NCBI GenBank assembly: GCA_019752635.1
Contig: JAIELX010000059.1
Coordinates: forward strand, 63,191-127,190
Length of the DNA: 64,000 bases
From: Candidatus Obscuribacterales bacterium
GTDB lineage: Bacteria > Cyanobacteriota > Vampirovibrionia > Obscuribacterales > Obscuribacteraceae
Direction of reading: 5' to 3'
Both the position numbers and the translations under genes were made by a program. Of this stretch, positions 50,905 to 60,816 are shown piece after piece. How positions within the stretch are numbered: position 1 is the first letter of the stretch; the number at the start of each line of letters is the position of its first letter. The notes under the pieces are model-generated. The model did not search any database. It had not been told where the DNA came from and worked only from the letters and a program-made list of their open reading frames with translations.

Positions 50905-52723
50905 AGTAGGCAAAGCGCAGATCCCTTCGCTGCTTTCTTCGTCCGATAGTCGCAGCCGGCGTCTACGCACTGGGGCTCTGGGACTCACTCATGAATCGTG
51001 CCGCCCTTCGGATCCTCGTCCGGGCGATGTCGTAGAGATTCACGTTTTAGCGGGAGTGAACGAAGATGTTGCATCGCTGCGATTGCGCTACACCGTAGAT
51101 GGTGGCGATCCTCTGCAGCAATCAGACCGGGTCATTGAAGTGGATATGCCATCAATGGAGGTGTCTTGGGATACTTCGATGTGGGGGTATTGCGAGTCTT
51201 TCCGCGGGGTGATACCGGGGCAGACCGAAGGTACTCTGGTGCGCTATGTGATTGTGGCACAAAGAACAGACGGGGCGGAGGTCTTTGTACCGGTCCTCAA
51301 CCGCAGTGACCCTGCGTTTGCCCGCGTTAACGATGCGGTTGACCACGCCAGGATTTATCACACTTACCGTCGTGGTGAACCGATGGTTCATCAGTATTAT
51401 GTGGATAAGCTGACAATTCCCGACTGGCTTCATGACGCCATCATCTACCAGATCGTGCCTGATCGGTTCGCTACGACAAATGGTGGTTCCGTCAAAGTTA
51501 ACAGAATCGACGGATTGGGCAATGGAACTCTGCGCGGGCTGATCGGCGAGCTGGACTACATCACCGATCTTGGTGCCAATTGCTTATGGTTGACTCCGAT
51601 TTCTCCGAGTCCTTCTCACCATGGTTATGATTGCACCGATTTTGGTGCCATTGAACCTCGTTTGGGAACCGAGCAGGATTGGGATGACCTTGTAGCTGGC
51701 TGCAAGCAGAGAAATATTCGAATACTGTTGGATCTGGCTGCTAATCACGTTTCCAATCAGCACCCCCTTTTTCGGGAGGCTGTAGCCGATGAAAATTCAC
51801 CATATCGAAAGTGGTTCCGATTTACAAATTGGCCTGATTACTACGATTCCTATGCGATGTTGTCTACATTTCCAATTCTGGAAACTGAAAACGAAGAAGT
51901 GCGAAGTCATATTATCGACCATTGTTGCCGTTGGCTGAAACGAGGCTGTGACGGGTTTCGGCTTGACCACGCTCACGGATTGTCTCATGCGTTCTGGTCG
52001 GAGTTTCGCAAGCATACTCGATCTGTCGCACCGGAGTCGGTGCTCGTCGGAGAAGTGTCCCATCCACCGGACGGACTACTTTCATTTGAAGGACGAATGG
52101 ATGGTGTTCTGGACTTTCGCCTTTGCGAGCTGTTTCGACTGCTCCTGGTTGACAGCAGCATCACTCCGTCCGAATTTGATCGTCAGGTGAGTCGCCACCT
52201 TCGTTATCTTGAAGGGCGCATGGTCAATCCATCTTTCTTCGATAATCATGATATGAACCGGCTTCTTTTCATAGTCGGCGGCGACATGCGAAAGGTGAAA
52301 TTAGCCGCTCTTTTGCAGTTCACCTTACCCGGACCGCCCATAATCTATTACGGTAATGAAATCGGACTCAGCCAGCAGAAGGGGGTCGGTCGCCTGGAGG
52401 AGGCGAGGCTTCCTTTCCCGCGTGATGCGATTAACATCGAGATGCTTCAGTACTACAAGGATCTTGTTGCTCTCCGAAAATCGGGTCTGCGAATCTGGCA
52501 ACAAGAGCGGAAGCTGGTTCAAGCTGACGAGGCCGTATACGCATGTCTGGTCGGCGATCGGTTTATGGTTGCAATAAACAATAGTGGGACGCAGCAGTTT
52601 GTTGTTGTTCCTATGGCGCAATCCGGCGCAGTTGTTTTGTGCACGCAGACCGGTGTTGAACTTTGCGGCGATGCATTGAAATTGCCCGCCTACTGTGGGG
52701 CGGTATTAAAATTTGGTGCTTAG
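50882..52723 (+). CDS. GH13 alpha-amylase-family glycoside hydrolase
   Basis: Motifs: DAIIYQIVPDRF, GFRLDHAH (nucleophile region), GEV and FFDNHDMNR. An N-terminal Ig-like domain is present. Start uncertain (no in-frame ATG near the 5' end). Confidence 0.85.
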   Translation: MATLVKSKVGKAQIPSLLSSSDSRSRRLRTGALGLTHESCRPSDPRPGDVVEIHVLAGVNEDVASLRLRYTVDGGDPLQQSDRVIEVDMPSMEVSWDTSMWGYCESFRGVIPGQTEGTLVRYVIVAQRTDGAEVFVPVLNRSDPAFARVNDAVDHARIYHTYRRGEPMVHQYYVDKLTIPDWLHDAIIYQIVPDRFATTNGGSVKVNRIDGLGNGTLRGLIGELDYITDLGANCLWLTPISPSPSHHGYDCTDFGAIEPRLGTEQDWDDLVAGCKQRNIRILLDLAANHVSNQHPLFREAVADENSPYRKWFRFTNWPDYYDSYAMLSTFPILETENEEVRSHIIDHCCRWLKRGCDGFRLDHAHGLSHAFWSEFRKHTRSVAPESVLVGEVSHPPDGLLSFEGRMDGVLDFRLCELFRLLLVDSSITPSEFDRQVSRHLRYLEGRMVNPSFFDNHDMNRLLFIVGGDMRKVKLAALLQFTLPGPPIIYYGNEIGLSQQKGVGRLEEARLPFPRDAINIEMLQYYKDLVALRKSGLRIWQQERKLVQADEAVYACLVGDRFMVAINNSGTQQFVVVPMAQSGAVVLCTQTGVELCGDALKLPAYCGAVLKFGA

Positions 52724-52814
52724 TTCGTAGTGCTCCCATATTACTGAACGTGTTGCCCCCCGGTTTTGCCCATAAGTCGTGTCCAGCCAGAGACTGTCAA
52801 GTGTATAGTCGGTT

Positions 52815-54152
52815 ATGCCGCCTAGAGGACACTTCATGCCTGAGATTCATGCGCTCAAGACCGACCAACCTTTAGCCTTGCCGGGCGAACCGCAGCCTTC
52901 GGTTGATGATGTTACTCGTCGCCTCTACGAGGCTGCGCAACCCTCTATTGTGAAAGTTGAAACCACAAAGGACGGTGGCGTCGGAGTAGGCACCGGGTTT
53001 GCCGTTACTCGACCTGGCTTGATTGCCACTGATTATCATTGCGTGGCTGGTGCTAAAGAAATCAAAGTTCGCCTTCCGAACGGCGATTTTCATCGAGCGC
53101 GCATTAAAGATATCGACGATATCAACGATCTGGCCATTCTCGAACTTGAAGGTACTCCGCCTCCATCGCTGAAACCTTTGCCGTTGGGCGATTCGAGCAA
53201 GATCGCGCCGGATACTCGGATCACCGCATTGGGGCACCCGGAAGGATTGTCTCCGGTTTATGTCTCTCCCGGATATCATGTAACCGATGTGAGATTTGGC
53301 AACAAGCTTTTCGGAAATTTGTTCGGAGTTACACCGGAGAACTATTTGGCAAAGGATACTCTCACGCCTAAGGATCGGGAGGATGCCAAAGCTGTAATCG
53401 AGCGCCAGCTGATGTATACGCGGGTTCACATCAGACCGGGCAATTCAGGCGGACCGCTGCTCAACAACGAAGGTAAGGTTGTCGGTATATGCGATATCAC
53501 TGCTGACCCGGAGAAATTCTCTCATTCCCTGTTTACGCCAGTTTCGGATCTAAACAAGCTACTTAACCGTGAAAAACCCAAGTTTCAGGCGTCGTACGCG
53601 TACACCGGCGAAGCATGGACGGACTCGTACAGAGGGGCCTTGACCAATTCTCCCGTCTTTACCGCTACCGGGACTGGTTTGCTTGCGGGGGGCGCTTACC
53701 TGGGACTGGCTAGAAGCTCTTACGCCCGCGCTGCGGGTGTCTGGGGCGGAGCCGCTTACGGCGCGTTATCGCTTCCGGAGGATGCTCAGGAATTGTGCAA
53801 TTCGACCAATACTCGCGATAAGTTGAAATACGGCACTGCCAGTTTAGGTGACTTGTCGATGCTCACCGGGGGCGCAATGAGGTTAGGCGCCAGACCTCTT
53901 GAATCGCTCATGATGCGCTCTGCTGCGCAAGAAGGTTCTTTACTTAGCTCCCTGGCGCTTCGTGGAGCCGAAAGTACGCTGGTTAAATCTACTTTGAGCA
54001 AAGCCGGCAGAGTCGGAGTGGCGCTGTTGGCTGTTGGCGCAGCGGTCAAGATTGGCAGCGATTTCATTCCGAATCGCCTGGTTCAAACAGATCTTTCGCG
54101 CACGGATACCAATGATATCCGTCCGCCTTTCCCGCTTTACGGTCGCCACTGA
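52815..54152 (+). CDS. trypsin-like (S1C/HtrA-type) serine protease with Gly/Ala-rich hydrophobic C-terminal extension, no PDZ recognised
   Basis: Catalytic triad contexts TDYHCV (His), NDLAILEL (Asp) and GNSGGPLLN (Ser). The C-terminal about 195 aa contain GTGLLAGGAYLGLA, GVWGGAAYGAL and GVALLAVGAAVKIGS. Confidence 0.8.
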   Translation: MPPRGHFMPEIHALKTDQPLALPGEPQPSVDDVTRRLYEAAQPSIVKVETTKDGGVGVGTGFAVTRPGLIATDYHCVAGAKEIKVRLPNGDFHRARIKDIDDINDLAILELEGTPPPSLKPLPLGDSSKIAPDTRITALGHPEGLSPVYVSPGYHVTDVRFGNKLFGNLFGVTPENYLAKDTLTPKDREDAKAVIERQLMYTRVHIRPGNSGGPLLNNEGKVVGICDITADPEKFSHSLFTPVSDLNKLLNREKPKFQASYAYTGEAWTDSYRGALTNSPVFTATGTGLLAGGAYLGLARSSYARAAGVWGGAAYGALSLPEDAQELCNSTNTRDKLKYGTASLGDLSMLTGGAMRLGARPLESLMMRSAAQEGSLLSSLALRGAESTLVKSTLSKAGRVGVALLAVGAAVKIGSDFIPNRLVQTDLSRTDTNDIRPPFPLYGRH

Positions 54153-54156
54153 GCTC

Positions 54157-55563
54157 TTAAGCTGAGCGCACCTGCAACTTGCCGTCATCAATCGCTTTGA
54201 GCAAGTGTTGGTGATCCAGGGCGGTCTGATTTGCATATGAACGGGAAAATTCGGCAATTGCTTCGTCGAACGTTTCGCCGTTCTCCAGATAGGCGCCGAT
54301 AACGGCCGCATCACCGGAACGTGCGTGTGCCCGCGCCAGTACGCTCCCTGTCAGTTCAGCAAACGCAATCAGTTGTTTCCCGTCCCAGGTCTCAGGCTCA
54401 AGTTTGATCTTCATGTCCCGCAAGTGGCGCACGTAGAAATGCTTCTCGTTTTCGAGGTCTGTCCAGCCGAGAAAAATGTCGCTGGCGGATTGCATGATGC
54501 GTTGTCCCGCTGCCACCCGCTGACCGCTGTTATCGTATGTGCTTTTGCCTGCGTAGGGCTCCAAAACGGATTGCCTTGCTTCCTTTAGTTGAAGGAATAG
54601 TGGTTCTGCATCCGGTGCCAGTAAAAGTGCCACCATACACATTGTACCGACGCTACCTACGCCTACGACTTTGATCGCGACGTCCGCCAGCTGATAACGG
54701 TCCACCAATCGCTGGCGATCATCTTGCAGGCTATTCTTGTATATTTTAAGCGCTTCAGACACCTGGTCGAACAGCGAGCGCCCTGCGGTGGGCTCCGGGT
54801 GATAGATGAGCGGCGGCTTGTCCTTGATCAAGTGCCGGCCATCCACTTCTTCGGTCAGCTTCGGGAAGTAGTATTGGTCATCCCTCTTTAATGCTTGTTT
54901 GAGACCTTCCTTCAGCTTTCGCTGCAGGTCTACATCGCGAGTATTCTGAATGAACTGTTCCCACTCGATGGTTTCATACCAAATGTCGAGAATGCTCTTC
55001 CTTGCATACTCGGTCATTTTCTTGCGGTATGCGCGCGACACGGCTTGCGCTGCCAGCAACGCTTGCTTGTCTCTGATCTGATTGTCTCGCGCTGCAAGAA
55101 CAAAGCTCGTCGCCAGGCGCTTCAAATCCCACTCCCAGGGGGCAGGGAGTGTTTCGTCGAAGTCGTTGATATCGAATACTATATGCCTTTCGGGAGTGGC
55201 GAATGCTCCGAAGTTCAGCAAGTGGCAGTCTCCGCACGCCTGAACTTTTGTGTTGGTGGTCGGCGTTGTGGAAAGGTCTGCCGCCATAACGGCGGATGAC
55301 CCTCTGAAAAACGTGAACGGCGACGCCATCATGCGAAAAAAGCGAATCGGTATCAGTTCCGGTAGCCGCCCCTCGTTGGTTTTCTTGAGGAACGGAATCA
55401 GATCTTCGCGGTCCGGCGAGATGGACCATTTGAAGTGGTTCGAATGCGGGTGCGCTGCTGCAAGCGCCTGCCCCCGCTGCCGCCTGTCATCCTTGGGAGA
55501 CAGCGTGTTGTCATGCAACTCTGCTGTCTCGGTGAAGGTGGAAATGGAAGGACCGTCACTCAT
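54157..55563 (-). CDS. DUF2252-family protein
   Basis: RMMASPFTFFRGSSAVMAADL, CGDCHLLNFG, FDINDFDETLPAPWEWDLKRLATS match the DUF2252 pattern as I recall it. Confidence 0.8.
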   Translation of the reverse strand: MSDGPSISTFTETAELHDNTLSPKDDRRQRGQALAAAHPHSNHFKWSISPDREDLIPFLKKTNEGRLPELIPIRFFRMMASPFTFFRGSSAVMAADLSTTPTTNTKVQACGDCHLLNFGAFATPERHIVFDINDFDETLPAPWEWDLKRLATSFVLAARDNQIRDKQALLAAQAVSRAYRKKMTEYARKSILDIWYETIEWEQFIQNTRDVDLQRKLKEGLKQALKRDDQYYFPKLTEEVDGRHLIKDKPPLIYHPEPTAGRSLFDQVSEALKIYKNSLQDDRQRLVDRYQLADVAIKVVGVGSVGTMCMVALLLAPDAEPLFLQLKEARQSVLEPYAGKSTYDNSGQRVAAGQRIMQSASDIFLGWTDLENEKHFYVRHLRDMKIKLEPETWDGKQLIAFAELTGSVLARAHARSGDAAVIGAYLENGETFDEAIAEFSRSYANQTALDHQHLLKAIDDGKLQVRSA

Positions 55564-55739
55564 AGCTCACTCTCCGCTCCTGTCGCCCTGGTTCACTAAT
55601 TTTATTCCACACACAGCCCTCCTTTCTCCCCTTTATATGCATCAAAGGACAAGAGAAGGGGACTGATCAGCGATCAGCCAGAGACGCGACGAATCGCCGG
55701 GGAACCGGTAAATTCGGTGACGGGCCGCCGGGGGAGTCC

Positions 55740-56309
55740 CTAGAACGAGACGTTGCCGCCGATGCAGGAGCCGTAGGTCTGAAATCTGTTGTTGAAACCG
55801 CGTCCACGCGAGAGCGGGCTGAGGATGCTATCCATTCCGCCATTGGAAAGTACGCTGAACATCGTCGCTGCGCCCAATGCGCCCATCATCTGAGTCATCA
55901 GCCTCGGATTGCCGGGCGATGCCTGCTGCGCAGGGGGGGCTTGCTGTTGCTGCTGCGGCGGTTGTGCCCACTGTGCTTGCGCCTGTTGCACGGGAACATA
56001 ACCGTACTGAGCACCGATATTGCACTGTTGCTGAGGCTGAGCATAACTGGTCCGACCACCATAAGGTTGAGCCATGGCGTTCATCGGCGCCGCCTGTTGT
56101 GTGATCGGTGCTTGCATGGTCTGTACATAACCGGGGTTGACTTGCTGCATGGCGTAATGCGCGCTGCGGTCGGCCAGCCCGCCGGTGATGTCGATTTGAG
56201 CCATACCCTGCAACGGTTCTTCGCCCTGATAAGACTGGGCTGCTGCCGGCAGAGTGAACAGCCCGGACAAGATGGGGAGGAGGCAGAGAAGAAACAAGGC
56301 GGTACGCAT
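55740..56309 (-). CDS. secreted Gln/Pro/Ala/Met-rich low-complexity protein
   Basis: ATG 56309 (MRTALFLLCLLPILSGLFTLPAAAQS signal peptide; ORF open to 56327), followed by long Q-rich tracts. Confidence 0.6.
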   Translation of the reverse strand: MRTALFLLCLLPILSGLFTLPAAAQSYQGEEPLQGMAQIDITGGLADRSAHYAMQQVNPGYVQTMQAPITQQAAPMNAMAQPYGGRTSYAQPQQQCNIGAQYGYVPVQQAQAQWAQPPQQQQQAPPAQQASPGNPRLMTQMMGALGAATMFSVLSNGGMDSILSPLSRGRGFNNRFQTYGSCIGGNVSF

Positions 56310-56455
56310 CGAGAACACCACGATCACTTAACGCATCGATCGTAGTGTCGCTCCGGGTTCAAGTCAATGGCGAAAAACCCCGAAAACGGGCTTTCCCTTG
56401 CGGTTTTTACGAACTTGACAAGCTTCTCGGGGGAATTGCTCTCAAATTCGTCCTA

Positions 56456-56959
56456 TCAGTCGATGGCGAGGATCGATTCGCGCAGCACGTTGCCTTTCTG
56501 CTCCGTCCATTCACCGGTTGCTCGGTAGGCTACTTGTCCCTGACGATCGAGCAAGAAAATGTGAATGGTATCGGCTGATGCGATACGCGCACTCTTCATG
56601 AACGCCGATTGATCCGTGTACACCGTGAATGTGTGCTCGGTGGTAATTTTCTTCACCCCGACGTGCTGTTGCACGATCTCATTGTCGATAATTCCGCGCA
56701 CGGGTGCGAGCATTGCCGGCATCGTCGGCAATTCGTAGAAGTGAGTTCCGGGGATTTCCCGTACCATGCGCTCCAGATGAGGGAGCCATGACTCGACCAT
56801 GGGCATGTGATTGCGTTTGAGCGCAACTACCAGGACCGTTGCCCTGTTGTTGTCTAAATCGTTCGGTATCTTGAGCTCGAGCCCGTTCAGATTTCTTGCT
56901 TTGAGTTCCGGAAAACCTGAGCAGGCAAGCGGTTGTTGGATTTTATATGGTGCAGACAT
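56456..56959 (-). CDS. hypothetical protein (possibly thioredoxin-fold, no CxxC)
   Basis: 167-aa ORF. The pattern LNGLELKIPNDL...ATVLVVAL...FLLDRQGQVAY is reminiscent of redoxin-like folds. Tentative. Confidence 0.45.
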   Translation of the reverse strand: MSAPYKIQQPLACSGFPELKARNLNGLELKIPNDLDNNRATVLVVALKRNHMPMVESWLPHLERMVREIPGTHFYELPTMPAMLAPVRGIIDNEIVQQHVGVKKITTEHTFTVYTDQSAFMKSARIASADTIHIFLLDRQGQVAYRATGEWTEQKGNVLRESILAID

Positions 56960-57148
56960 GTACTACTTATGTTCAGTTGGTGTCGTGAACGGTCAACAAA
57001 ATTAGCCTTTCAAACAGCATCGCAGACGGAAGTGAACAGTGTATGAACGCTAACTGTCCGATACTGCCAACCTTAATCTCGTCTATACGAGTTCTCGGGT
57101 TTTCTGGACTCTCAACCGGACAATACCTCTTACGAACCAAAAGAAAAC

Positions 57149-58618
57149 CTACCTGTATGATCCTGTGACTGAACCTCTACTGTTAATTTCCGCCGAAATT
57201 AATTTATCAAGTTTGTCAATCTCGTCTGCAACCTTGGCGTGTTCAGCGGGGGGCAGACTTTTGGCATCGCGCCGCACTTGCAGGTAGAACTGGCTCAATC
57301 GGTCGTATTCACGCTTCAACAGGGTTGTTTCGAGGGTTGTCAACTTGCCCGGCTGCTGAGCATCTGCAATTCGTCGTTCCAGCGCGGACCATCGGTCCTC
57401 AAGCGAGAGCCTTGGTGGTGTCATCTTCAGCGAGGGCGTTCTCTTCGTCCCTGTTGTCGTCTTCGGCACAGCCTTCCTGGAAGTAGCTTCGCGGACTCTC
57501 AACTCAATTGAGGCGATCTGCTGTTCTATCTTGATTGATTGTTCGGGAGTCATACCACCTGGCACCTCACTGTATGCCGACTCGAGTGCGTCGATCAGTT
57601 CGATTTCCCGCAAGAAGTCCGCTGCGCGATCAGCGCTGATCGCACCGGACTTAGTGTTGCTGTCGATGCGCAACCTTAATAGTCTCTTCCTGACCGTGCA
57701 ATCTTCTTGCCGGGCTGTCGGATTCTGTGCCGAAGTTTCGTCTCCGGCAAGTGCGAGCCCCCTGTCTTTATCTGCTTTGACACTGCTTTCGATCCGCTCA
57801 TCCAGTTTGTCGATCTCTATCGCTAATTCGACAAGGCTGCTTTCAGAAGGGGCTCCGTTGGCGGTGATGTGTGCTTGCAGTGTTGACGACAAGTGTGTCA
57901 ATTCTGCGCGAATTAATTCGGCTTGATTCGCGGATAGTCGTCCTTTTGCTACAGCATCCGCCAGTTTTGCTTCAACGGCAAGGCGTCGCTCATAGAATTC
58001 AGCAGTGGCTGTTCGAGAGATTCGCATCTGCTGGTCCAATTGATTGCTTATCTTCTCAATGTCCCCGCTCAAAATTTTCTCTTGCTTTGCTGTCAGCTTG
58101 CCTTCGTTCGCGTTCAAGAAAGTAGTCTCAATATCGATGACATGTTTCAGTTCATGTTGGCAGTCTGCTGCATCCAGACGTGACAGCGCACCTTCGGCTA
58201 TACATGCTTGCAATCGTTCTTGCAATTCTTTACGCATGGTTACTGCGTCTTTGGGCACGGATGATGACTGCGCCGCCATAGCAAGAACGCTATTGATCTT
58301 TCGTGTTAACACTAACGCCCGCGAAAAGGACAGTTGCTTTCCTGCGGTGCGAAGGTCCTGCACGGTTTTGGACGCCAACGCTAGTTCCGCGAGTAATGCG
58401 TTTGCTCGTTCTGTGCTGATAGTGTTTTTTGCGAGCTTGTCGTTAATCGCTGATTCGATGTAAGTAAGTCGCTTGTCGAAATCCGACCAGTCATGAATTG
58501 TACCCGCGAAGGTTGAAAGGTACTGTGAAAATTCTGTTTCAGCAGCGTTGAGCGTTAGACCGGCCGAAAGATAGAACGCCAGAAAGACCCCGGACATCAA
58601 TATCAGCCGCGCTCGCAC
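57149..58618 (-). CDS. secreted coiled-coil protein
   Basis: Signal peptide MRARLILMSGVFLAFYLSAGLTLNA, then 460 aa of heptad-like, charged helical sequence. Confidence 0.65.
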   Translation of the reverse strand: MRARLILMSGVFLAFYLSAGLTLNAAETEFSQYLSTFAGTIHDWSDFDKRLTYIESAINDKLAKNTISTERANALLAELALASKTVQDLRTAGKQLSFSRALVLTRKINSVLAMAAQSSSVPKDAVTMRKELQERLQACIAEGALSRLDAADCQHELKHVIDIETTFLNANEGKLTAKQEKILSGDIEKISNQLDQQMRISRTATAEFYERRLAVEAKLADAVAKGRLSANQAELIRAELTHLSSTLQAHITANGAPSESSLVELAIEIDKLDERIESSVKADKDRGLALAGDETSAQNPTARQEDCTVRKRLLRLRIDSNTKSGAISADRAADFLREIELIDALESAYSEVPGGMTPEQSIKIEQQIASIELRVREATSRKAVPKTTTGTKRTPSLKMTPPRLSLEDRWSALERRIADAQQPGKLTTLETTLLKREYDRLSQFYLQVRRDAKSLPPAEHAKVADEIDKLDKLISAEINSRGSVTGSYR

Positions 58619-59012
58619 TCTTTCTCCTCTGTGGATTGCAAATAGGGAAATAGATCCCGTCTATCATACGATTTTTCGTGCACACAATGTGACGTCGCAA
58701 TAAAAGGTTCAGTTCCGTGGTGCTCGGATATTCTTTCCGTGGCGTGCACACAGAATAATATCGCCGATTAAAACGATCAGGTGAGCAGTCCGCAAGAGCT
58801 ATTGTTGGTCCGTTCTTTACGGGTTAGCGTGCACTACCTTTTTTGATCGTGTACGCTCGGCTCTGGAAGCCGATCTCAAAGAAATGTATAGCATTCAACT
58901 GTCAAATCATAATCCGTACATGCGGGAATGACTGCGGTTGTGTTTCAATTGGAGTCACACCGGTTTGAAGCGCCGGTCAATTCTCTTACTCGTCCCCGGA
59001 GACCCCCCATTG

Positions 59013-59828
59013 ATGATAAGAACCAAACTTGCTCGAGCAGGCTCTACCGTTCTGCCCCTGGCTCTGCTTGCGTTAATCGCCACCACTGGTAATACTGAAT
59101 CTTTAAGTGCCTCTACCTCATCTAACTCTTGCTGCGAGCACAGCGTCACTGACCGTGTTCTCAGTAATGCCGCCCTCACTGCCGAAGCAAGTGCCCCTAA
59201 CAAGTTGATTGCCCAACGGGGAAGCTCGATCAACTCTTCAGGGAATGATTACCTGGATGCTGCAAGCGATGAAGGTATTTATCATTGGCCGGCCGAGAAA
59301 CTGCCAGTTAAGGTCTTCATGGAAAACGGTTCGAACGTTCCGGGGTATCGTCCTAACTTCCCTCAGATTCTCTCCAACGGATTTGATGCTTGGGTCACCG
59401 CAACCAATGGTCGCCTGGGATGGGTGCAAGTTCGCGATAAGTCTCAGGCCGACCTGGTCGTAAGCTGGACTACTGCTACTCCGGAGCATGCAGACGGAAC
59501 CGAAGCCGGTCGAACCAAAACGTTCACCAAATTCGATACCACCACGAATCAAGGTAAGATCTACAAAGCATCTATGGTGCTCGCTACTCGTCTGCCGGAA
59601 CGCGAAATGTCCGACGAAGAAGTAACCAAGACATTTATGCATGAAGCCGGGCATGCGTTTGGCATCGCGGGACACTCACCTAACAGAAGCGACATTATGT
59701 GCGCTAAAGTTAATCACGGTCAAAAGCCTTCCCTCTCTGGATGTGATGTGGCGACAATCGTCAGGCTCTACGGATCTTATCCGCAGTGCGCCCAAGGTCC
59801 GAGAACTTCCAGTACCTCGACCCTCTAA
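59013..59828 (+). CDS. matrixin/metzincin-type zinc metalloprotease
   Basis: HEAGHAFGIAGHS gives the HExxHxxGxxH motif. Signal peptide from ATG 59013 (MIRTKLARAGSTVLPLALLALIA); ORF open from 58938. Confidence 0.8.
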   Translation: MIRTKLARAGSTVLPLALLALIATTGNTESLSASTSSNSCCEHSVTDRVLSNAALTAEASAPNKLIAQRGSSINSSGNDYLDAASDEGIYHWPAEKLPVKVFMENGSNVPGYRPNFPQILSNGFDAWVTATNGRLGWVQVRDKSQADLVVSWTTATPEHADGTEAGRTKTFTKFDTTTNQGKIYKASMVLATRLPEREMSDEEVTKTFMHEAGHAFGIAGHSPNRSDIMCAKVNHGQKPSLSGCDVATIVRLYGSYPQCAQGPRTSSTSTL

Positions 59829-59861
59829 CTTGTCTTCGAAGCGTAGCGTCCGGAAAAATCA

Positions 59862-59894
59862 AAAGACCAGACGCGCCTAGCGCGTCTGGTCTTT
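59862..59894. terminator. bidirectional rho-independent terminator
   Basis: Perfect 15-bp stem AAAGACCAGACGCGC / GCGCGTCTGGTCTTT with a 3-nt loop. A-run on one side and T-run on the other, between convergent genes. Confidence 0.85.
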
Positions 59895-59918
59895 GACTTG
59901 AATGAAGTACTTTGAATC

Positions 59919-60524
59919 TTAGAGCAATCCGACGCTGAACAGCGGAGTGCCTAGTCGAATGAAGTGGCTTCTCTTCTTCTTCAAAATGATCGGGCGTTCA
60001 AGAAGCACTGGCTTCTCAACGCAGCGATCGATGTAGACCGGTTTTTCAACACACTTTTCGATGTAGACTGGTTTCTCCACGATGCGATCGATGTAGACCG
60101 GCTTTTTAACGATTTTTTCGACAAACTTCGTACGCTCAACGCGTACCGTGTTGGTTACAATTCTGGTGCGCACTAGCGGACGACGTGCCACGCGACGATG
60201 CGTTGGCCGACGTACCATTCTCTTCGCTCTTTTAAAAGAAGAGCGTTTGCGAACCACTGCCGGTTTGCTCCAGCTTTCCGAAATTGTTTCAGTTACTTTT
60301 TCGGTGCTCTTCAATGCTGCGCATGGTCTTTCAACAGTTACTTTGCACTCGACCTGTTTTGCCTTTACGCATTCCTGTTGTATCTTCACCGGTGAGCTAT
60401 ATACCTTGACGCGCTCAATCGGCGGAATCAAGAGCTTTTCACCGAATGACGCTGGAACCGAGGTGAAGCACATTGCGGCCAAAAGTGCTACACCTACGGA
60501 GGTTTTTCCTAGGTTTGGGTTCAT
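59919..60524 (-). CDS. secreted decapeptide-repeat protein (VEKPVYI-type repeats)
   Basis: ATG 60524 with GGAGG upstream (ORF open to 60629). Signal peptide MNPNLGKTSVGVALLAAMCFTSVPASF. Repeats: VKKPVYIDRI VEKPVYIEKC VEKPVYIDRC VEKPVLLERP. Tail: SHFIRLGTPLFSVGLL. Confidence 0.7.
   Translation of the reverse strand: MNPNLGKTSVGVALLAAMCFTSVPASFGEKLLIPPIERVKVYSSPVKIQQECVKAKQVECKVTVERPCAALKSTEKVTETISESWSKPAVVRKRSSFKRAKRMVRRPTHRRVARRPLVRTRIVTNTVRVERTKFVEKIVKKPVYIDRIVEKPVYIEKCVEKPVYIDRCVEKPVLLERPIILKKKRSHFIRLGTPLFSVGLL
59991..60122 (-). repeat. in-frame 30-nt tandem coding repeats (4 units plus a leading partial unit)
   Basis: A period-10 peptide V-E/K-K-P-V-Y/L-I/L-D/E-R/K-C/I is visible in translation and as a 30-nt DNA periodicity (..GATGTAGACCGG..). 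Confidence 0.75.
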
Positions 60525-60816
60525 GTCTACGTTTCCTCCATGCAACCCGATTTCGGGGCATTTAAACTTGGGAGATCTCACTTGTGGGTGCTCCGGGGTG
60601 GCACCCGTGGTACGGGGATTCCGAGACACGTGTTTCGCTCGGGCGAGTCGCCACCGGGATGTACTTGCAAATGCATTACCTGCATTTTCGATTACATGAA
60701 GGTGGGATTCGATCGGCTTGTGTGAAAGCCGCCTGTGATCAAACTGTTCCTGTCGTCTTGGACTCGGTATCGATCACAGGCGAGCCTTCGCTATCAGTCG
60801 GACTGTTCCTCAGCGC

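Noticed and set aside
59991-60122. A regular 30-nt DNA periodicity that could at first glance suggest a CRISPR-like or minisatellite array.
   Set aside because: The units are contiguous with no spacers. They are in frame within a signal-peptide-bearing ORF and translate to a coherent decapeptide repeat. This is a coding tandem repeat, not a CRISPR array.
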